Source: a virus (lineage: Duplodnaviria; Caudoviricetes). From it: a DNA stretch of 64,000 bases. Positions 32,768 through 42,680 of this stretch are shown piece after piece. Below the pieces are notes generated by a model. It saw only the letters and a list, made by a program, of their open reading frames with translations, had not been told where the DNA came from and ran no database searches. Made by a program: the position numbers and the translations under genes. The stretch's first letter is position 1, and the number at the start of each line of letters is the position of its first letter. Location: positions 1 through 64,000 of IMG/VR virus record IMGVR_UViG_3300028048_000055, one strand, 5' to 3'.

Positions 32768-33259
32768 ATGCAAAAACTTTATTGCTTTAGTCGAAAAGAC
32801 TTTAATACTTATATGGATATATGCGACTGGGATGATAATACTCTTCCTGATAGTGTCACAGTTATCTCTATTTGTTGTACAGAACCGGTTATTAAGAATT
32901 ATCATTCCGAACATTATCAAGGAAAACATGATATACATCGTTTTTCGTCCAGAAACAACGTTCTGAACCTCGATTTCGATGACATAGATGAAGAAGTAAG
33001 GGAATGTTCCGGCGGGTTTACAGCAACCAATATAACGAAAGAACAAGCAGATAAAGCTGTAGCTTTTATTGAAGCTCATAAGGATTCTGATTTTTTTATT
33101 CATTGTAATGCTGGAAAATCCAGAAGCCAGGCATTTGTCAAGTATATTAAGGAACAATATCCTTATATTGAATGGGACACGAATCCAAAAAATCCGTGTC
33201 TTTATCCGAATGTCTATGTTTCTAACATGTTAAAAAGATCAGCACGAGAAATCTTATAA
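32768..33259 (+). CDS. protein-tyrosine/dual-specificity phosphatase-like protein
   Basis: HCNAGKSRS P-loop, L.FDD, PN..V motifs. Confidence 0.85.
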   Translation: MQKLYCFSRKDFNTYMDICDWDDNTLPDSVTVISICCTEPVIKNYHSEHYQGKHDIHRFSSRNNVLNLDFDDIDEEVRECSGGFTATNITKEQADKAVAFIEAHKDSDFFIHCNAGKSRSQAFVKYIKEQYPYIEWDTNPKNPCLYPNVYVSNMLKRSAREIL

Positions 33260-33274
33260 TTAATGGAGTAAAAT

Positions 33275-33736
33275 ATGCTTAATGAGTATAAAGAATGCTT
33301 TATAACAATTGGTAAATGGATTGGTAAATTCCTTTATGGTATTTTAATCCTTTTGCCTGCACTTGTATGGATTATACATTGTGTGATAATGAATATACAA
33401 GAACCACCAGTATTAGATGCAATCTGTATGGTTGTACTGAATATTGTATGGGCACTTATTCCGGTATGGTTTACTTGGGGTAAGCAATTTGGTACAAAAA
33501 AAGAATATTGTAAAGAATATTTCTCGTCATTTAGCCTCTGCATTATAGCAGTTGTTTTAATGGTTGGCTGTTTGTTTTATATTGTTCTGCCGGCATCATT
33601 GTATGTTATTTACCTATGTATAAATGGACCTGAACCACCACTACATTGGTATGATGTATTTATTATACCGATAACATTACTGTGGTTTCCGTTTGGAAAA
33701 TGGTCAATAGACAAGTTTTGGGCGTTATTAGATTAA
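33275..33736 (+). CDS. membrane protein
   Basis: multi-TM. Confidence 0.65.
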   Translation: MLNEYKECFITIGKWIGKFLYGILILLPALVWIIHCVIMNIQEPPVLDAICMVVLNIVWALIPVWFTWGKQFGTKKEYCKEYFSSFSLCIIAVVLMVGCLFYIVLPASLYVIYLCINGPEPPLHWYDVFIIPITLLWFPFGKWSIDKFWALLD

Positions 33737-33788
33737 AATAAAGTAAGAAGGGTTAACAAAACCCTTCTTTTTTACTATATTATTTAAT

Positions 33789-34079
33789 ATGAGTAAAATT
33801 TTAAAGATATTTGGTATATTTAATATAAACACGATATGGAAATCTATATTCTGGATTATCTGGGATATTACATTTGCTTTATATGATTTCATCAATGCAA
33901 AAACATGGACAGTTTATTTGTTTGGTGTTACAATGTGTGTATTTTTAGTATTTCATATTATAATGTATTTAGATCTTAGAAACAAGCAACGGGAAAAAAT
34001 AAATAAATTAGTATCTGATTTTATGAGATGGTTTCCGGAAAATTATAAGAATATTGTAGAATCTAAGACAAATGAATGA
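33789..34079 (+). CDS. membrane protein
   Basis: TM segments, ORF after promoter. Confidence 0.6.
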   Translation: MSKILKIFGIFNINTIWKSIFWIIWDITFALYDFINAKTWTVYLFGVTMCVFLVFHIIMYLDLRNKQREKINKLVSDFMRWFPENYKNIVESKTNE

Positions 34080-34662
34080 GTTTGTTGTATCAAAAGCTGA
34101 ATTAAGGCGTCATACGTTAGATATGCTTGAAACTAAGTTCAAGCTGTTTGAACCGTTTGATGTAAAAGCTGAACCGATTTATTCATGCTGTTTTGACGAT
34201 GATGGTGTTATAGCAAATCAAAAATATAGAATCGGCCATAAAAATATCATGTTTAATAGGGTTATACCTGCTGGAATGAAATTATTTACACTTAGTAATC
34301 CAAATGTTCCAGCTTATGAATGTAAACCTGACCAAGCAATAATTATTGAAAAGTCATTTGTTGATAATTCTGATTTTTTCTATAAAGACGATTTGCTTTT
34401 TACATATAAACTTGTTAAAATGACAGATTTTTGTAGGATGTATAATGAACATGAAAGTTCTAACCCTTTATTGATTAGAGAATACAATGAGTTAAACAAG
34501 TTTACAGATTGGTATTTTAAAACTTATTCATATTTTCCAGATTATAAAGTTTTAAGAAGGGCATATCGTTCTTATTTTGAGAATAGAAAAACTGCATTAT
34601 TTAATTATGATGATTTTATGCAATATTATACTTACTATACAAATAATAGATATTTAGTTTAA
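34072..34662 (+). CDS. hypothetical protein
   Basis: ORF in operon. Confidence 0.65.
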   Translation: MNEFVVSKAELRRHTLDMLETKFKLFEPFDVKAEPIYSCCFDDDGVIANQKYRIGHKNIMFNRVIPAGMKLFTLSNPNVPAYECKPDQAIIIEKSFVDNSDFFYKDDLLFTYKLVKMTDFCRMYNEHESSNPLLIREYNELNKFTDWYFKTYSYFPDYKVLRRAYRSYFENRKTALFNYDDFMQYYTYYTNNRYLV

Positions 34663-34672
34663 GGAGAAATTA

Positions 34673-35038
34673 ATGTTTTGGGCAGCAGGTTATATTGCAA
34701 TTAGTTGCGTAATTTGTATATTTGTATTTTTAGGCATTTTATGGATTATAACATCAATTAATTCTACCGGTAAAATTGCAGATATTATCGGAGATAGTAG
34801 TATTATACTTTGTATTGTATCATTTATTACATGTGTTGTATTTTTATGTATCTATGATACAGATAAGGCTAAGGTAGAAAGATATCTTCATCAGGTTGAA
34901 ATTCGTGATGCCCTAGTAAATGTATGTCCAATTGAAAATAAGTCCGCACGGTGCGAATATGAGTGGTTAAACTATAGAAATGACAGTCTTAGAGCTTATA
35001 AAGTATATTCTGATGTTATAAAGAGGATGGAGAAGTAA
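34673..35038 (+). CDS. membrane protein, paralog of 20483
   Basis: 2 TM plus CPI...CEYEWLNYRNDS. Confidence 0.7.
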   Translation: MFWAAGYIAISCVICIFVFLGILWIITSINSTGKIADIIGDSSIILCIVSFITCVVFLCIYDTDKAKVERYLHQVEIRDALVNVCPIENKSARCEYEWLNYRNDSLRAYKVYSDVIKRMEK

Positions 35039-35432
35039 TGATTGACGGAACTGCATATTTCAGCGAATTAAGAATGAAAGAATATAAGAAGTTTCCATAT
35101 AGGCATTTATTTGAAAATGCAAATCGTAACTGTGGAAAAACAACATATTGGTTATGTAAATTTTTATGCTATATGTTAACTGACCCTGATTTTAAAAGAA
35201 AATATGATTATAGGACAAAGTTAATGTATGATTGAGGGGAAAGGTGTTATTTTGGTTTTTAATCTGCTGCTGGGTCATAATGACTACAGCCATGGTAATA
35301 GGATTATATAAAATTATTAAATTAAAGATGGATATTGTTGAATTATCCACCATTGTCTTACCAATAAGCATATTGTATATTGCCGCAACAATATGTTTCT
35401 ATAAAATTATATTAGAATAAGGAGTTATCTAT

Positions 35433-36314
35433 ATGTGGCCGTTTACTAGACAGAAAGCAATCACTGACCCGAATATACTTGGAAGGGCAAATTTTATTAC
35501 TGATGTAAATAACATTAGTTTTCAACTTGATTTGTTAGACGGATCTGGTCCAATTGATTATAAGTTCTGTGAAATTTTTTATATTACGAAAGATGGTTGC
35601 ATTGCTATAAAGCCTGATGCTAATATTCTTACCGCAGATCCATTTAATTTTACCTACGCTAGTTTGTCTGGGCTTAAAACATATGGTTCAAATACGACAG
35701 TATTAAAACTTTATACTAAAGAATTTCGTTCACTTCATTCAGATTGTAATAAGCTTAGTCATATTTACGGGATTACTTTGAATCCATGGTCTTCAGACCG
35801 TGTTTATCATAATTGTTATGATGATAAAAAAGAATATAGTAAATCATTTGATGCCATTAAGGCTGCAGTTGATAATCAAGTAGATTGTATTCAAAAATAT
35901 GTAAATAAGTTTAAACAAGATTTTAATTGCATTAATACAGATTTAATTACACTAAACTTTAAGGGTTTTGGCTATAATTCTATTGTTATTTCAATTAAAC
36001 CGTGTAATGTAAATAAGTATATTGAATATTTAAAGGCTGTTGGTATAACAGAACATATTGACGGTTATCGTAATTATATTATTGAAGAACTTGCAAATAA
36101 ATCATTATATAGTCGTGAAAAAAATGAAGTAGCAAAAAGAAATATTCAATATGATAAACCTATTGCAGAAATTGATTCATATAATAGTTGGCATAAAATT
36201 TATTTAGCACAGCGTGAACGCATTCGTAAAAATAAAGAAAATGAAGCTATTATTAATGAAATTGACGCAAAACGAGATGAGATTATTAAAGAAAAAAATC
36301 TTAAAGTAGTTTAA
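35433..36314 (+). CDS. hypothetical protein
   Basis: AAGGAG SD, 293 aa. Confidence 0.7.
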   Translation: MWPFTRQKAITDPNILGRANFITDVNNISFQLDLLDGSGPIDYKFCEIFYITKDGCIAIKPDANILTADPFNFTYASLSGLKTYGSNTTVLKLYTKEFRSLHSDCNKLSHIYGITLNPWSSDRVYHNCYDDKKEYSKSFDAIKAAVDNQVDCIQKYVNKFKQDFNCINTDLITLNFKGFGYNSIVISIKPCNVNKYIEYLKAVGITEHIDGYRNYIIEELANKSLYSREKNEVAKRNIQYDKPIAEIDSYNSWHKIYLAQRERIRKNKENEAIINEIDAKRDEIIKEKNLKVV

Positions 36315-36315
36315 T

Positions 36316-36597
36316 ATGGAAAATTGTACTTGTCCAACATGTAGATTCGTAAAAGGCGAGATTTCTAAAGAAGCATATGCTTGGTATCTTAAGGGTTCTA
36401 TTGAGGCTGCTCATAGAATTCTTAAGACTTATAATGAAAAAGATACTAACATGTCTCCGATTTCATGGAAATCTGCAGCACAATATGAACTCGATAATGA
36501 TATTGTAACATTACAGCAATTAATTGAATCAAACTTTGAAAATCCAGATCCTGCATTAGTGCATCCGGAAGAATATTTAGCAAAGATAGAAAAATGA
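36316..36597 (+). CDS. hypothetical protein
   Basis: ORF in operon. Confidence 0.6.
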   Translation: MENCTCPTCRFVKGEISKEAYAWYLKGSIEAAHRILKTYNEKDTNMSPISWKSAAQYELDNDIVTLQQLIESNFENPDPALVHPEEYLAKIEK

Positions 36598-37499
36598 AAT
36601 ATTTAGTATTATCAGACGTTCATGCTGATTTTAATTTTGAACAGTTTCAACGAAAATTGGGTTTTCCCGTATTAAAAGATGATTGGGAAGATGATGAAGC
36701 TGAAAAAGCATTTCAAGAATGGTATGACGTTTATAAAATTCCATCAGCTGATGGTATAATTATTGCTGGCGATATATCTAATGATTATCGTTCATTTAAG
36801 CAATTTATAAATTTTATTTCTAAGAAATATAAAGAAGTTATACTTACACTTGGAAATCATGATTTAGTTATTAAGGGTGGAACTTGTTCTAAGTCAAATC
36901 AGGAATTTATTAATTCTGAAGGTAAAATCAAGAAGATGATTGAATATTGTTCTAAATTTGACAATGTTCATTTTCTTGAAGGTAATACTTATAAGGATTT
37001 TGCTGGTTGTATGGGCATGTGTGATTTTGAAGCAGATGCAAATCCATTATATAAGCACAATTTACCATTAATGTGGCGTAACAACTGGTTTGACGGTTGT
37101 TATTGGAATTATTTTAATCAGCAACCTGCTGTAATCTGGGATCATTATGAAAAAATGATGATGGATTTGGTTAAAAAACAGCCTAAGGTAATGATTACTC
37201 ATTTCTGCCCTATTGAATTAGGCATTTCTTGGGAATATAGGAATAATGTAATGAATCCTATGTTCTATTTTGTCGGAAAGAAATTTCTTGATGAAATGGC
37301 TGATGGTTCTATCTGGATTTGCGGACATATCCACACAAATGCCACTACAGTTTATACAAATGCTAAAGGAAATAAGATAACTATTATGGCTCGTCCAAAT
37401 GGCTATCCTGGCGAATCACCCAAAGATGGTTATACATGGACAAGCGGAACTTATCTTTCTCAGCATTATACATGGGACGATTATTTTATCGAGGTCTAA
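36594..37499 (+). CDS. calcineurin-like metallophosphoesterase
   Basis: SDVH, AGD, GNHD, TH, GHIH motifs. Confidence 0.9.
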   Translation: MKYLVLSDVHADFNFEQFQRKLGFPVLKDDWEDDEAEKAFQEWYDVYKIPSADGIIIAGDISNDYRSFKQFINFISKKYKEVILTLGNHDLVIKGGTCSKSNQEFINSEGKIKKMIEYCSKFDNVHFLEGNTYKDFAGCMGMCDFEADANPLYKHNLPLMWRNNWFDGCYWNYFNQQPAVIWDHYEKMMMDLVKKQPKVMITHFCPIELGISWEYRNNVMNPMFYFVGKKFLDEMADGSIWICGHIHTNATTVYTNAKGNKITIMARPNGYPGESPKDGYTWTSGTYLSQHYTWDDYFIEV

Positions 37500-38090
37500 A
37501 TGAATAAGGAATGTTTAAATTTACTTGGAAAAATGAATGGCTATGATCAAATCTTGTTTTTACGATTTGTGAAAGTTCTTGGCCAAACTGATCCTGAACA
37601 ATATAATATGGGTCTTGTTTATGGTGGTTTATCAAGTTGTAAGCGTTGGAAAGCAACTAGCGATTCAAATAATGAACTTAATGAGACTATCTGGAACAAG
37701 ATTAAAGAAATTGCAACAGTAAGAGAATTTAAGGCTTCAGATAATCCTAATTATGATGTTTTATTTGCTCATATTTGTGCAGAATGTAATAATATAGCAC
37801 TTAGTTCTCATAGAACTGCTGGTAATGTTTTTGTTTATAATAATCAGTTTGCACCACATCTTGAAAAGTTAGCACCATATTATAATGGTGAAATGAAAGT
37901 TCTTAATGGTGTTATTCCTTGTTATCCTTCTCATATAGATGGAGATAAACCTGAAGCTATTATTGCTTATGTTGGATATGGCAAGGGTGATTTTGGTAAT
38001 GGCTATATTGAACATGAAGATAATAAGTATGAATTTTATTGGGATGTTCCTGGCAATAATAATTACTATAGGTTGATTAGACTTGCGTAA
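37500..38090 (+). CDS. hypothetical protein
   Basis: GAGG SD. Confidence 0.65.
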   Translation: MNKECLNLLGKMNGYDQILFLRFVKVLGQTDPEQYNMGLVYGGLSSCKRWKATSDSNNELNETIWNKIKEIATVREFKASDNPNYDVLFAHICAECNNIALSSHRTAGNVFVYNNQFAPHLEKLAPYYNGEMKVLNGVIPCYPSHIDGDKPEAIIAYVGYGKGDFGNGYIEHEDNKYEFYWDVPGNNNYYRLIRLA

Positions 38091-38139
38091 TTAATCTATT
38101 GCCTTTCATATATAATAAGTATAAACGAACACGACGTTT

Positions 38140-39156
38140 ATGCTTATTTTATTTTCGTGCATAGGAAACTATCATATGGAAGGCAAATTAATGACGTTCG
38201 AAGAATTCGAACGAATGAGTTATTCTTTTAAGAAACAATTATCAAAACAAAAATTACGCTATGAAGCAATCTTAAAAGAAAAAGAAGAAGCAATAAGAAA
38301 TCTATTACAGCAAGTTCAAGGGCCTGGAATAGAACATCGATTAGACGGTTCCATAGTCTATAATCCAAATTCAGTTACAGAAGTTAAATATGGCGATGTA
38401 TCAAATTTCATGAAAATGAAATATGATTTAGGTTTTTTCGCCAGATATATTCTTAAAGAAGTCTATGATTTAGAATTAAGACAATATCAAAAAGGTTGGC
38501 TTGATTTATTTGTCAATAATCATAATTGTGCTATAAATGCATTTAGACAGTCTGGTAAATCTTTAATTTCTGATATCTATGCTGTTTGGTATATAATTTT
38601 TAATTCTAGTAAAATTGTTGCGATGGGTGCAATAAAAAATGATCTTTGTAAAGAGCATAAAAAAGAGCTTACAAAGATTTTAGAATTCCTTGAAAGTAAA
38701 CGTTATATTTCAATTATTAGAAATAATAAAAATGTAATTGAACTAGAAAATGGTTCACAAATTAGATTTGTATCTGGCGAAAATTTAAATACAGCTAGAG
38801 GATTTGGAATAAATCTTTTTATATTTGATGATTATGCATTCTGGAAATGTGGTGAAGAAGTTTTAAAAACAATTTTTCCAACAATGAATAGTGCTAATCC
38901 AAAAGATCATCAAATGATTTTTATTTCTACACCATTTGGGCTAAATCATTTTCATAAAGTCTATACTAATCCAGAAGTTACAAGTATAACTACCACCATA
39001 GAGGGAAGTTTTGAATATTGGTATAATAAAGTACAGCAATTAATTACAAATATTGGTCTAATGGCTGTTAGACAAGAATATTATTGTGAATTTATTGGTC
39101 CTGCTGATAAAGGTATCAAAATACAGTTAGGAAATCATGATTTTTTCTATAAGTAA
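38140..39156 (+). CDS. terminase large subunit-like ATPase domain only (gp17 N-terminal like)
   Basis: LRQYQ, RQSGKS, ELENGS, ARG, FIFDDYAF, ISTP.G.NHF, QEYYCEF; no nuclease domain. Confidence 0.8.
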   Translation: MLILFSCIGNYHMEGKLMTFEEFERMSYSFKKQLSKQKLRYEAILKEKEEAIRNLLQQVQGPGIEHRLDGSIVYNPNSVTEVKYGDVSNFMKMKYDLGFFARYILKEVYDLELRQYQKGWLDLFVNNHNCAINAFRQSGKSLISDIYAVWYIIFNSSKIVAMGAIKNDLCKEHKKELTKILEFLESKRYISIIRNNKNVIELENGSQIRFVSGENLNTARGFGINLFIFDDYAFWKCGEEVLKTIFPTMNSANPKDHQMIFISTPFGLNHFHKVYTNPEVTSITTTIEGSFEYWYNKVQQLITNIGLMAVRQEYYCEFIGPADKGIKIQLGNHDFFYK

Positions 39157-39218
39157 AAAATTCAAATAAAATATAAATCATTAAATATGATTTATATTTT
39201 TCTATATTTTAATATGAG

Positions 39219-39461
39219 GTGATAATTATGACCCCGGAAGAAGAAATAATTCAGAAAGAAGTTAAAAAAATTATGGATAGAACACCAAAACCGACTATTA
39301 GATTGAACTGTTGTAGTTTACCATTACTTGTTGGTATTGTAGGCGCAGTATGCACAAGTTGGTATTTTAACCATTCTGCACTATGGGCTATTTTCCATGG
39401 TTTCTTGAACTGGTTTTATCTGGCATATAAAACAATCTGGTATTTTGTAACACATTTTTAA
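39219..39461 (+). CDS. small membrane protein
   Basis: SW..NHS.LWAI.HG motif. Confidence 0.65.
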   Translation: MIIMTPEEEIIQKEVKKIMDRTPKPTIRLNCCSLPLLVGIVGAVCTSWYFNHSALWAIFHGFLNWFYLAYKTIWYFVTHF

Positions 39462-39462
39462 T

Positions 39463-39663
39463 ATGAAAAAGAACAAATGGAATTCTGTAAATGAAATCTT
39501 ACCCGATAACAACAGGAATGTACTTGTTGTATCTTGTGGTAGAGTATGTATTGGCGATTATGATGGAGTCATTAATCATCAATGGTGGGTTAATGATACT
39601 GAAGGTTATCATAAAACCATGTCTGTCTCACATTGGATGGAATTGCCAGAATTGCCGAAATAA
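39463..39663 (+). CDS. DUF551-like small phage protein
   Basis: WNSVNEILP...VSHWMELPELP. Confidence 0.8.
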   Translation: MKKNKWNSVNEILPDNNRNVLVVSCGRVCIGDYDGVINHQWWVNDTEGYHKTMSVSHWMELPELPK

Positions 39664-39678
39664 AAAGAGGAAACTAAA

Positions 39679-39870
39679 ATGGGTTTAATTGAAATTTGGA
39701 CAATCGTCGCTATTATTCTGCATTTTGCAGGTGTAGGTGATTTTGCTACATGGCCGGTAATTGCAAGTCCGTTCTCATGGTCTTGTCTTTGCCTTGAAAT
39801 GTGGGTCTTTATTCTATACATAGCATTTTTTGTGTTTATAATTCTTGGCACAATGTTTGGTAAGAAGTAA
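39679..39870 (+). CDS. small membrane protein
   Basis: GAGG SD, hydrophobic. Confidence 0.6.
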   Translation: MGLIEIWTIVAIILHFAGVGDFATWPVIASPFSWSCLCLEMWVFILYIAFFVFIILGTMFGKK

Positions 39871-40108
39871 ACTGGACAAATGTATTTAATTAAAGTAACC
39901 GTTTACAGAACGGTTATTTTTTGTTATATTTGATAGGTAATTATGGGTAAAAAGAAAGAAAAAGAACAAGTCGCTCCAGATTACACAGTTTATATCGAAG
40001 TCTGGGACACTGATAGAAAACCTCATCGATATAAAATTGATAAAGACGGTGAATTTACTATTCGTGGCGGTTCTACAACTGAAACAACTACTCAACAAGG
40101 AGTTTAAT

Positions 40109-40774
40109 ATGTGTACAAAGCTTAATCTTGATGAAAAGGTAGCAAAGTATAATTCAGATAATATTTTCTTCGTAAGTGATTTACATTTTAACCATACAAA
40201 GCTCTGTAATGGTTATGAAGTTCATTTTGACAGAACTCGTAAGTATGCAACTATCGAGGAAATGAATGCAGATATTATTAAACAGTGGAATGATACTGTT
40301 GGCGAAAACGATATTGTAATTTTCCTTGGCGATATGTTCATGGGAACTCCAGGTAGTAAGTTGCTTGAAAATTACAGGCATTATGTTAGCCAGCTTAAGT
40401 TCAAGAGAATGTATTTCCTTCGTGGAAATCATGATTATGATATCTTTAAGAGATTGAATAAGTTTCCGACTTGGGAAGATGAAAGAGTTCTTCGTTTCCC
40501 TGTTGATTATATAACTGCTACTTATAAGGGTAAGAATTATTTTATCCAGCATTATGCAATCGATAAGGATCCGATGTTTGGAATTGTTGATAGTCTTAAT
40601 AAGTGTGTTAATGAAGGCATGAATTTCGATTACATTGTCCATGGTCATACTCATTCTGACGTTAAACTTTCTGAAATTAAGGATGTTGATAATTATAAGA
40701 TTCAGAATAATGTCTGTTGGGATGCTTGGTATCGTCCAGTGAATATTAACGAACTTGTAGCAACTAGGGATTAA
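40109..40774 (+). CDS. calcineurin-like metallophosphoesterase
   Basis: SDLHFNH, LGD, GNHD, HGHTH; AAGGAG SD before ATG 40109. Confidence 0.9.
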   Translation: MCTKLNLDEKVAKYNSDNIFFVSDLHFNHTKLCNGYEVHFDRTRKYATIEEMNADIIKQWNDTVGENDIVIFLGDMFMGTPGSKLLENYRHYVSQLKFKRMYFLRGNHDYDIFKRLNKFPTWEDERVLRFPVDYITATYKGKNYFIQHYAIDKDPMFGIVDSLNKCVNEGMNFDYIVHGHTHSDVKLSEIKDVDNYKIQNNVCWDAWYRPVNINELVATRD

Positions 40775-40775
40775 T

Positions 40776-41279
40776 ATGTCAAGGACAAATGGATTATATG
40801 TTGGTTCATTTGACCCGCTTACTGTTGGTCATATGGATATTATCAAAAGAGCTGCAAAGCTATTTGATTCACTTTATGTTGGTATTGCCACCAATTCTAC
40901 AAAGAATTATTTATTTACTGAACCTGAACGTTATAAAATGGTTCAAGAAGCAATAAGATATCAAGGAATAGGCAATGTCTCAATTATTAGCATTCCTGAT
41001 CAAATGACGACAGATGTAATGATTAACTATAATATTCAGACATTGGTTAGAGGAGTTCGTAATTCTAAAGACATGGAAGATGAATATATATTGAATCAAT
41101 ATTATACGAATCTTAAGTATGATATGGAAGAAATTATATTGTTTAGTAGATTTCCAGCTGTTAGTTCTACATTTGTAAAAGAATGTATTAAATACGATAA
41201 ATTTGAACGACTCGGTGAAAAATCGCTATTTGTACCAGCTAATGTGTCAAGTATGATTTTAGATAGATTTAAGAGATAG
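40776..41279 (+). CDS. coaD: phosphopantetheine adenylyltransferase-like protein
   Basis: GSFDPLTVGH.DII.RA, LVRGVR, VSST motifs. Confidence 0.85.
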   Translation: MSRTNGLYVGSFDPLTVGHMDIIKRAAKLFDSLYVGIATNSTKNYLFTEPERYKMVQEAIRYQGIGNVSIISIPDQMTTDVMINYNIQTLVRGVRNSKDMEDEYILNQYYTNLKYDMEEIILFSRFPAVSSTFVKECIKYDKFERLGEKSLFVPANVSSMILDRFKR

Positions 41280-41283
41280 TAAT

Positions 41284-41913
41284 ATGGCAAGAAAGAAAAG
41301 CGAAAATTGTTCAGATGTAATTCAGATTCTAGGCGGTGCTAATCATGATACCGTCCGTGAAGAAGATGATTTTTATGCCACTCCGACAATAGCTGTTCAA
41401 AAACTTATCGATTCTTTTGGTTCTGTATTGAAAATCGGTAATGCAACAATATTTGATCCGTGTGTAGGTAAAGGTCATATCTTAAAGCCGTTCAGGGATC
41501 AAAAATACAATGTTGATGGAACAGATTTAATATCAAGAACTGATTTATGGGATTCACATATTGAATATCAAGGCGGTCAGGATTTTTTGAGCAGAATAGA
41601 ACCTCTTCATGGTTGTAATATCGTAACAAATCCGCCATATAAGATTTGTCTTGATTTCGCTAAGAAAGGCATAGAACTTATTGACGATAATCGTTATATG
41701 TGTATGCTTCTTAAGATTCAGTTCCTTGAAACTAAGGCAAGATATGAATTCTTTAAAGAATATCCACCCAAGTATGTCTATGTATTCGTAAATCGAATCG
41801 GTTGTATTCCTGGTGGAGAAACTGACATCAATAAACCGTCTGCTATTTGCTATGCATGGTATATTTGGCAAAAAGGATATAATGGCGATCCGATGATTAA
41901 ATGGATTGTATAG
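41284..41913 (+). CDS. DNA methyltransferase (amino-MTase)
   Basis: DFYATP, DPCVGKG, NPPY motifs. Confidence 0.85.
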   Translation: MARKKSENCSDVIQILGGANHDTVREEDDFYATPTIAVQKLIDSFGSVLKIGNATIFDPCVGKGHILKPFRDQKYNVDGTDLISRTDLWDSHIEYQGGQDFLSRIEPLHGCNIVTNPPYKICLDFAKKGIELIDDNRYMCMLLKIQFLETKARYEFFKEYPPKYVYVFVNRIGCIPGGETDINKPSAICYAWYIWQKGYNGDPMIKWIV

Positions 41914-41921
41914 GAGATAAA

Positions 41922-42269
41922 ATGAATTTCAGTTATATTAATGATGATTTTGAATTAGAAGCATCTTTTACAAGTAATGATGCATTAAATGCATTTAATA
42001 AAAAGATTGTAGAATTTGCATATTATAATGATAAAACTCATACTGATTTCCGTGGTAAGCCATATATTAAGTTTGAATATAGTAAAGGTAATGAATTAGT
42101 TCTCTGCGGTAAAGATACTGATCAGCTAATTGAAATTCTTAATATGTTCAATGATGTTATGATTAATTCTAGTGAACTTAATAAGTATAATATTGAAACA
42201 TATAAAGAATATGTACGGAAAGCTGCAAAAGAAGAAAAAGAAAACGGAATAAAAATTATTTCATGGTAA
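41922..42269 (+). CDS. hypothetical protein
   Basis: AGGAG SD. Confidence 0.6.
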   Translation: MNFSYINDDFELEASFTSNDALNAFNKKIVEFAYYNDKTHTDFRGKPYIKFEYSKGNELVLCGKDTDQLIEILNMFNDVMINSSELNKYNIETYKEYVRKAAKEEKENGIKIISW

Positions 42270-42317
42270 GGGTTTACAAAACAAGAAATAATTACTATAT
42301 TATATGATGTTGATTGT

Positions 42318-42437
42318 GAATGTCTGATAGACGATCAATAAAATGAAGTAAGAACAGTTGTTAGTGGTTAACCTGCAAATTACCGGTAGGTCTGGTCTTA
42401 CATGAGGGTGACGAATCGGTATTCCTTCAAGACATTC
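42318..42437 (+). ncRNA. rod-shaped ncRNA with central bubble (6S-like candidate)
   Basis: own promoter 42273-42301; GAATGTCT/AGACATTC and CGAT/ATCG outer stems, 12-13 nt bubble, GTAAGA/TCTTAC inner stem. Confidence 0.45.
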
Positions 42438-42451
42438 TTTAAAAATAGGGG

Positions 42452-42480
42452 TTTACAAAACAAGAAAAAATTTCTATATT
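42452..42480 (+). promoter_or_regulatory. sigma70-type promoter of tRNA block 1
   Basis: TTTACA-N17-TATATT. Confidence 0.8.
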
Positions 42481-42542
42481 AATCAACGTAAAAACGAAAA
42501 ATGAAAAAAAGTTTTTATATATAATATAAAATGAGGATGAAA

Positions 42543-42605
42543 ATGCAATTAGTAATAACAACAAACATGACACCAGTCAATAATCCAAAGGTAACTTTCG
42601 ATTAG
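42543..42605 (+). CDS. attenuator leader peptide 1 MQLVITTNMTPVNNPKVTFD
   Basis: GAGG SD; T/N/V/P/M-rich, matching downstream tRNAs. Confidence 0.85.
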   Translation: MQLVITTNMTPVNNPKVTFD

Positions 42606-42631
42606 TTTGTTTCATTACTCGATTTCATTTG

Positions 42632-42666
42632 AATCCTGTATGAGACAAACTCAAACAGGATTTTTT
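42632..42666 (+). terminator. attenuator terminator 1
   Basis: AATCCTGT...ACAGGATT plus T tract. Confidence 0.85.
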
Positions 42667-42680
42667 AATTTTCCTTTTAT

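Noticed and set aside
42481-42680. T-box riboswitch control of the tRNA blocks
   Set aside because: No T-box GGTGGNACC antiterminator bulge or stem I; the leaders are translatable ORFs instead.
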